A DNA stretch of 47,429 nucleotides, taken from UHGV virus genome UHGV-1350683, one strand, 5' to 3'. The stretch comes from a virus. Both the position numbers and the translations under genes were made by a program. The notes beneath the pieces were generated by a model. That model searched no databases. It was not told the origin of the DNA and worked only from the letters and a program-made list of their open reading frames with translations. Positions 42,509 to 47,429 of the stretch are shown piece after piece. The stretch's first letter is position 1. The number at the start of each line of letters is the position of its first letter.

Positions 42509-42536
42509 ATAAAGCCGCATGAAGCGGCTTTTAATT
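42509..42536. terminator. bidirectional intrinsic terminator (also ends the tRNA transcript)
   Basis: AAAGCCGC-ATGAA-GCGGCTTT followed by TAATTTG. Confidence 0.75.
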
Positions 42537-42613
42537 TGGTGGACACGGACGGATTTGAACCTTCAATCAGCCGATTATTAGTCGGTTGCTTTAACCAATT
42601 AAGCTACGCGTCC
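42537..42613 (-). tRNA. tRNA with apparent anticodon AAU (Ile-type if A34 is deaminated), CCA encoded
   Basis: Manual cloverleaf: 7-bp acceptor GGACGCG/CGTGTCC (one G-U pair), D-arm GCTT/AAGC with G18 G19, anticodon loop CU-AAU-AA, T-arm GGTTCAAATCC, discriminator A, then CCA. Confidence 0.65.
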
Positions 42614-42945
42614 ATAAGTGCTGGTTTAAGCATTGCCAGCGTGCTTTCTTAATATCCAGCCCCGTAATCCATACATACCCCTACATATGATTGCGATAAT
42701 GCTGGATATTAAGTGTTGTGGCTCTGGTGCCTCCAGATTGCTGGTCGGTAAATCCAGCAGGCAGTCCCAAAATAAAAGGAGTGTTTCTTTACCTTGCCGC
42801 GTGCGCATAGCCGCATTACCACAACGGAAAGAGCACTGCGCGGCACCTTTCACCAAATCCGCGAGGTCTACGGGTTCAATGCTCTCACCTGTTGCATGCC
42901 GGTTACGCGTCCGGCGTCTCTCGACCGCTAATTATTTTTACTTCT

Positions 42946-43116
42946 TCAATTTTGCGTTGTAATGTCGCTATACCATGACCCTTTATCATGTGCGCCTGCG
43001 CATTTTAGCGCTTCGCCGGTACGAACTTTGAGTGACTCAGTTTCGGTTTGTGGTTCACTCTTGACTGGACTCACCTCAACGCTAAGGATTACCAGTAGCG
43101 ACATTATAATTAACTC
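42946..43116 (-). CDS. small hydrophobic N-terminus protein (~56 aa, TTG/ATG start)
   Basis: Strong RBS AGGAGG 7 nt before TTG. First gene downstream of the leftward promoter at 43148-43176. Confidence 0.3.
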   Translation of the reverse strand, partial: ELIIMSLLVILSVEVSPVKSEPQTETESLKVRTGEALKCAGAHDKGSWYSDITTQN

Positions 43117-43147
43117 AATCAAGTTAACCTCCTGTGCTGTTGATTTA

Positions 43148-43176
43148 AATCTACACCACCAATCAAAACATGTCAA
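43148..43176 (-). promoter_or_regulatory. sigma70-like leftward promoter (small ORF plus tRNA unit)
   Basis: Minus strand reads TTGACA-tgttttgattggtggtg-TAGATT. Confidence 0.5.
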
Positions 43177-43178
43177 TA

Positions 43179-43187
43179 TGATATAAT
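43179..43187 (+). promoter_or_regulatory. extended -10 promoter (TGATATAAT) for the major tail gene
   Basis: Identical 9-mer at 45252. Confidence 0.5.
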
Positions 43188-43221
43188 GCGATTGTTTAGC
43201 TAAACACAGAGGATTCTAAAC

Positions 43222-43938
43222 ATGGCTATTTGTGCAAATGATAAAGGTGTTCTGGTCGGTCGCATGACCCGCCTGTTCCTTGCTGAAGGATGCGGTGACG
43301 CAGTTCCGTCAGCAGAAGACTGGAAGTATTTAGGCTCAACCACCAGTAAAGGCGTAGACTACTCGCCGCAAACTACCACGTCGGAAGCGGATACCACTGG
43401 CGGGTTTGTTTCCACTCTGGTTACCAGCTCTGATATGACCATCAGCGCAGAGGTTGAAATCCGCAAGAATGACCCGAGCGATGAGTTTGGCTTCCATCGT
43501 CTTGTTGAGATTTATGCCACTGAACTGAAAGCGCGTCGCCAGCCTTCCTTGTGGGTGCGTCAGGTGACTGGTGCAACTATCGTTACCGCATACTGCAACA
43601 TCACCAGCATCAGCTACGAAGGTGGCACTAACGACATCGTAACTGGTAGCCTTGAGTTCAAGGTTTACGATTCTGACAGTGTCACCGTTGAGAGCCTTGA
43701 GCCTCTGGCATTCACTACAGACCTGCCATCAACTGGCACGGCTGGCAGTCCACTGACCGTTGCTGTTGAAGGCGGCGTTGCTCCTTACACTTATGTATGG
43801 CGCAAAGATGGCGTAGTTGTAGGAGGTGAATCAGGGGCAACACTGTCAAGCCCAACCGCTGGTGTGTATACCGTCACGGTCACGGATTCGTCTACTGACC
43901 CTGAAATTATTATCAGCACGGCTTGCACTGTATCCTGA
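43222..43938 (+). CDS. major tail protein with C-terminal Ig-like domain
   Basis: 238 aa with RBS AGAGGA. C-terminal 90 aa are Big_2/Ig-like (TVAVEGGVAPYTYVWRKDGVVV). gpV-like position. Confidence 0.6.
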   Translation: MAICANDKGVLVGRMTRLFLAEGCGDAVPSAEDWKYLGSTTSKGVDYSPQTTTSEADTTGGFVSTLVTSSDMTISAEVEIRKNDPSDEFGFHRLVEIYATELKARRQPSLWVRQVTGATIVTAYCNITSISYEGGTNDIVTGSLEFKVYDSDSVTVESLEPLAFTTDLPSTGTAGSPLTVAVEGGVAPYTYVWRKDGVVVGGESGATLSSPTAGVYTVTVTDSSTDPEIIISTACTVS

Positions 43939-43943
43939 TAAAG

Positions 43944-43973
43944 AAAAAGCCCCGAAAGGGGCTTTGTTTTATT
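43944..43973. terminator. bidirectional intrinsic terminator
   Basis: AAAGCCCC-GAAA-GGGGCTTT followed by GTTTTATT. Confidence 0.8.
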
Positions 43974-44169
43974 CTTGCGGCGGTTCTGGTAGCGGCATCC
44001 AGTGGGTTATCTCAAGGTTTGAGTTCCAACCCATCTCATTTGTATATTCGCTTAAATGAGCAAACGTGATTACTTTTTGATAAATCCAGCGATTCATCCA
44101 TTTGTAAGCTACAAGATACTCACCAATAGCTTCAGGCATTCGCTCACTACACTTAACCCACTGACTCAT
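43969..44169 (-). CDS. DUF551 domain protein
   Basis: Motifs W.KCSERMPE...VTHWMPLPEPP. 66 aa. Confidence 0.65.
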   Translation of the reverse strand: MSQWVKCSERMPEAIGEYLVAYKWMNRWIYQKVITFAHLSEYTNEMGWNSNLEITHWMPLPEPPQE

Positions 44170-44519
44170 ATCATCTTATCCTCATTCATTTTCAGGAAGA
44201 CGATCATGGCGGCGCGTAGTTTGTTTTTATCTTGAGTAAAATGATATGGCGTATCATCATTGCCAATCTTTCTGTGCGCAGCTTTCCACAATCCATTATC
44301 TGGTGCTGGAATAGTGCCAATTCTGTTTTCAATAATAATAGGCTCAGCATCTTCTGGATTATTGCATGGGTCAAACTCAATTTCGTTAAAATCTGAGTAA
44401 GCGCCTGTATCGCATTCGACAAATCTAACCGGCTCGCCATCACCATTAAATGCCACGCCAACAATAAGCGCCACCGACTTATTAATCTCAAAATCACTCA
44501 TCTCTTCATAATTTTTCAT
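44166..44519 (-). CDS. hypothetical protein
   Basis: 117 aa with ATGA coupling. Confidence 0.4.
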   Translation of the reverse strand: MKNYEEMSDFEINKSVALIVGVAFNGDGEPVRFVECDTGAYSDFNEIEFDPCNNPEDAEPIIIENRIGTIPAPDNGLWKAAHRKIGNDDTPYHFTQDKNKLRAAMIVFLKMNEDKMI

Positions 44520-44659
44520 ATCACCTTATCCTCATCAAAAATCACACCAATCACACGAAGCAAATCTTTTGCCATGCGCTCTGCTTCTTCGTAGTCATAG
44601 CCTGCATCAACATACAGCTCAGTGTAGAAAATCAGGTCAGCTTTTGTTTGTTCGTTCAT
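44516..44659 (-). CDS. hypothetical protein (47 aa)
   Basis: Coupled micro-ORF below the ORF-track size cutoff. Confidence 0.3.
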   Translation of the reverse strand: MNEQTKADLIFYTELYVDAGYDYEEAERMAKDLLRVIGVIFDEDKVI

Positions 44660-44862
44660 TTCTTATCGTCGCTCTTAACTAACGCCCAAACCAGTGCTGC
44701 AACCCAGCCAATAAAACTCCATCCAACAAGAATATTCAGTACGCAGATTGCAGTCGTGTTTACGTGCTTGCGTTGCAGCGCTACAAAAGATGGTAGAAGG
44801 TACGCAAATATCACCAAACCAACAAAAAACAACAAAATAACAACATCCATAGCTAACCTCAA
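44656..44862 (-). CDS. superinfection immunity (Imm-like) small membrane protein
   Basis: Pattern YLLPSFVALQRKH..TAICVLNILVGWSFIGWVAALVWA matches the Imm_superinfect family motif ..LGWT.IGWI.AL.WA. Confidence 0.55.
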   Translation of the reverse strand: MRLAMDVVILLFFVGLVIFAYLLPSFVALQRKHVNTTAICVLNILVGWSFIGWVAALVWALVKSDDKK

Positions 44863-44882
44863 CTGTTAATAACTTGTTTATA

Positions 44883-45176
44883 TTACATGCCATTCTTTTC
44901 ACACAAAGCAACAGCGACATCACGCAATTGCTCTTTGGTCATATCCTTGCGTGCATAAACCATTTCTACGATAGCAAGGCCGATTATTTCTGCTGCTTCG
45001 TTGTTTTTTGCAGAACCCTTTACCACCACTTCCGCAAGATTCTTGCTGATACCGTTGTCGCGAACATCGGCAGTGTTCATGGCGATATCCCCAATGTTTT
45101 TGCACATCTCGGAAGTTGCACTGGCGGCAAAAGAAGAAGCCAACAGGACAGATGCAATCAACATTTTAATTTTCAT
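44883..45176 (-). CDS. secreted/periplasmic protein with Sec signal peptide
   Basis: MKIKMLIASVLLASSFAASA signal. 97 aa. First gene after the leftward promoter at 45212-45240. Confidence 0.45.
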   Translation of the reverse strand: MKIKMLIASVLLASSFAASATSEMCKNIGDIAMNTADVRDNGISKNLAEVVVKGSAKNNEAAEIIGLAIVEMVYARKDMTKEQLRDVAVALCEKNGM

Positions 45177-45211
45177 AACTCACCTCATTCATCACTCGTT
45201 TCGATGACTTG

Positions 45212-45240
45212 AATCTACATCACCACCTCACAGGTGTCAA
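45212..45240 (-). promoter_or_regulatory. sigma70-like leftward promoter of the moron island
   Basis: Minus strand reads TTGACA-cctgtgaggtggtgatg-TAGATT. Confidence 0.55.
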
Positions 45241-45251
45241 CACCACCGAGA

Positions 45252-45260
45252 TGATATAAT
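45252..45260 (+). promoter_or_regulatory. extended -10 promoter (TGATATAAT) for the chaperone and tape-measure genes
   Basis: Same 9-mer as at 43179. Confidence 0.5.
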
Positions 45261-45280
45261 CAACATCAGTCAAATTCAGG

Positions 45281-45997
45281 ATGCAAAACATGAGCAATCG
45301 CACGCCACTAACAGAAATCGGAGAGATGCGCATCTCTCTTTCTGACAGGAGTTTTTTCTTTAAGCCATCATTTCGCGCCATGAATGAAATAGGCACACCA
45401 AAAGAAATCGTCGAGGTATACGCTAAGCTTAATGGCATTGATTATGTTACGCCATTGCAGCACGTCGAATACCTGCCATTTGGCGCTCAGATGCAGGTCA
45501 TGAAAACCATCAGTAAACCTGTGTATGGTAGGCACGTACTGAGTGCGGCTTACATCGTCATGCAGTCATGCTGTGAGGATGATGTTTCTGTGTTGATTGG
45601 TGGCTGGAAGCCAACACCGAGAGGCGTGCGATACGTGCCTGGCATCATGCCAGTGAACGACATTATTATTATTGCGCGCAACCTGATGCAGCATGGCATC
45701 ATCGGCAAGTCACCACTCAAAGTGCCTGAGCGCCTGGAAGAGCAGGGCAAGAAAACAACAAACGAGTTTCATGCGTCGCAATACATCATCTCAGCACGCA
45801 CGCATTTCGACATGACGCGAGATGAGGCAGAAAACCTGTCCATGACAGAGTTTCAGATGATGATTAAGAATAAATATCCAGAGCCGAAAGGGTTAACGAA
45901 AGAAGAGCGCGCGGCAGAGTACGATCAGGCTAAAGCAGACCGCGAGCGCATGAAGGCACTGACTGAACGCAAAGCGAAAAAAGCGAGGAATACATAA
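45281..45997 (+). CDS. tail assembly chaperone (G/GT-like position)
   Basis: 238 aa directly upstream of the tape measure, ATG overlapping its stop. Acidic/basic C-terminus. No frameshift site identified. Confidence 0.45.
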   Translation: MQNMSNRTPLTEIGEMRISLSDRSFFFKPSFRAMNEIGTPKEIVEVYAKLNGIDYVTPLQHVEYLPFGAQMQVMKTISKPVYGRHVLSAAYIVMQSCCEDDVSVLIGGWKPTPRGVRYVPGIMPVNDIIIIARNLMQHGIIGKSPLKVPERLEEQGKKTTNEFHASQYIISARTHFDMTRDEAENLSMTEFQMMIKNKYPEPKGLTKEERAAEYDQAKADRERMKALTERKAKKARNT

Positions 45998-47429
45998 TGA
46001 CTGAAGAAGTCGGCGGAATTGTCTATGAAGTCGGGATGGATGTTGAGGGGCTAAAAAAAGGCACGCAACGCGCGAGAGATGAATTTGGACGATTCGTTAA
46101 ATCAGGAACGTCAGCAACAGATACACTTAGTGGCGTTGATAACGCAGCAAAGAAAACTGGCAAAACATTTGGCGGACTGTCTGGCTCTGTTTCTGGTTTA
46201 AAAACGCAGATGACGGCTCTTGCTGGTGCAATATCGGTGTCACTGATTATCGAATGGGGAAAGAGATTCCTTGAGGTTGCAGATAACATGACGCAGCTTC
46301 AGGCAAGGATTGCTCGCCTGTCAACTGATGCGAAAACCGCGAACGAAACATTCAGCACACTGGCAAATATTGCCTCTACCACTGGCGCAAGCCTCAGCGA
46401 CACCACGAAGCTGTGGGAAACATTGACGTCATCACTGAAAGAGGCTGGCGCGACAAATGCGCAGGTTCTTAACCTCACCGATACCCTGCAAAAAATAGGT
46501 CGAATCGGCGGGTCATCAACCGAAGAAATGGCGAACGCATTACGTCAGTTCGGTCAGTCAATCGCTTCTGGCACAATCCGCGCAGAAGAATTTAACTCCA
46601 TCCTTGAGCAGATGCCTGAGCTTGCTCGCCAAATTGCGGCTGGGCTTGGCATTTCAATGGGTGAACTTCGCGCCAGAATGCTTGACGGAAAACTGACGGC
46701 AGAAGATGCACTGAATGCCATTCAGGACAGGACAAGCGTCGTCAATGCTGAGTTTGAAAAACTTCCTCGCACAATGGATCAGGCCGTCGGCTCTCTCGAG
46801 GTTTCATTCTCCAAACTTGTGGTTGCTGTTAACGATGCTACTGGCGCATCAAAAACAGCAGTAGAGATTATCGACCAGCTGGCAAAATACATTGATTTCC
46901 TCGGTGACAAATCAACCAGCACAAGCGATAAGATTCTTTCTCTAGCCACTGTCATTTCTAAGCTAAACCCGGGAGCATGGGCGCAGATGGGAGTCGATGC
47001 GCTTTTCGGTGATGACGATATTGAGAAACAAAAGCAATATAACGATCAGGTCGAGCGATTCGTTAAAGCATCGGCGGAAGGCTACGAACAGACAAAAAAA
47101 CAGGCTGAAGCAACAAAACACCTGAAGATTGCACAAGCACCAACAAAAGACAAAAAAGGAAAAGGAAAGGGCAAGAGCGCCGAAGAACGGCAAGCTGAAT
47201 CAGTTGCTGAAAAGCTGGAGAAATTACGCCAGCAAACCATGCTCAATGCCACATCTACCAGCGAACTCTCCCGCGAACAAGCCATCCTCAACGCGCAGCA
47301 ATCGCTTGGCAAGGCCGCCACTCAGGAGCAAATAAAACTGGCTGGTGAGTACGCTGCGAAGATTTGGGACCAGAGGAATGCATTGAAGGAACAAGCAGCA
47401 GCGGAGAAGAAAAGAATAGATGCCGTAAA
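45997..47429 (+). CDS. tail tape measure protein, N-terminal portion (continues at nt 2 of the window)
   Basis: ORF open from ATG 45997 to the window end (477 codons) with no stop. Lys/Ala-rich coiled-coil C-terminal stretch. The last two nt plus nt 1 complete a codon in frame with 35..910. Confidence 0.75.
   Translation, partial: MTEEVGGIVYEVGMDVEGLKKGTQRARDEFGRFVKSGTSATDTLSGVDNAAKKTGKTFGGLSGSVSGLKTQMTALAGAISVSLIIEWGKRFLEVADNMTQLQARIARLSTDAKTANETFSTLANIASTTGASLSDTTKLWETLTSSLKEAGATNAQVLNLTDTLQKIGRIGGSSTEEMANALRQFGQSIASGTIRAEEFNSILEQMPELARQIAAGLGISMGELRARMLDGKLTAEDALNAIQDRTSVVNAEFEKLPRTMDQAVGSLEVSFSKLVVAVNDATGASKTAVEIIDQLAKYIDFLGDKSTSTSDKILSLATVISKLNPGAWAQMGVDALFGDDDIEKQKQYNDQVERFVKASAEGYEQTKKQAEATKHLKIAQAPTKDKKGKGKGKSAEERQAESVAEKLEKLRQQTMLNATSTSELSREQAILNAQQSLGKAATQEQIKLAGEYAAKIWDQRNALKEQAAAEKKRIDAV

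Noticed and set aside
42537-42613. tRNA as an integration (attP) site or prophage boundary
   Set aside because: The tRNA is complete (both halves, CCA) and internal to a circularly contiguous genome. No integrase or recombination directionality factor (RDF) gene was found anywhere in the window.
42537-42613. tRNA as an amber suppressor for the TAG-interrupted gene at 7218..7787
   Set aside because: The canonical fold places AAU, not CUA, at positions 34-36 (U33 and A37 are in register). CUA occurs only out of register in the loop.
42626-42962. ORFs of 76 aa (minus) and 109 aa (plus) in the region between the tRNA and major tail gene
   Set aside because: Mutually overlapping on opposite strands, with no RBS and odd composition. 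The region looks non-coding (hairpin/IR-rich).
45281-45997. Programmed -1 frameshift (G/GT-type) in the tail chaperone gene
   Set aside because: No second overlapping frame with an open extension and no clear slippery heptamer inside the gene. The single 238-aa ORF reaches the tape-measure start.

Overview
This window looks like a complete, circularly permuted genome of about 47.4 kb from a tailed dsDNA phage (siphovirus-type) of an enterobacterial host. The tail tape-measure gene is split across the window ends in a single continuous reading frame, so the sequence is circular or terminally redundant. I saw no integrase or CI-like repressor.

Modules, in order around the circle:
- small and large terminase subunits
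- an inserted block of small genes that includes a HigA-like HTH cassette
- portal and a MuF/SPP1-gp7-like head morphogenesis protein
- a leftward block of small genes
- a lysis cassette (lambda R-like transglycosylase, a holin-like membrane protein, and Rz with an embedded Rz1)
- another leftward block
- small rightward genes including a Lar-like zinc finger and a winged-helix protein
- prohead protease/scaffold, decoration-like protein and major capsid protein
- two terminator-insulated genes
- a leftward module carrying a truncated DnaN beta-clamp homologue, an orphan DNA methyltransferase, a ParB-like nuclease and an Ea22-like protein
- a small membrane-protein cassette
- head-tail joining genes
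- a leftward tRNA
- major tail protein
- a leftward five-gene moron island (DUF551, Imm-like superinfection immunity protein, a secreted protein)
- tail chaperone, tape measure, M/L/K-like minor tail proteins, a J-like tip protein, and a tailspike with sialidase-like Asp-box repeats
- a leftward replication and recombination module (SSB, Erf-like annealase, PD-(D/E)xK exonuclease, VRR-NUC, SF2 helicase, a divergent primase, and a P-loop protein operon)
- an iteron-rich putative origin
- a rightward array of small early genes

Notable regulatory and structural features:
- a family of near-identical sigma70-like leftward promoters (TTGACG/A-N17-TAGATT/TATAGT with a GGTGGTG spacer element)
- a set of extended -10 (TGnTATAAT) rightward promoters upstream of structural genes
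- many intrinsic terminators

Product names rest on motif-level recognition without database searches; treat them as hypotheses.
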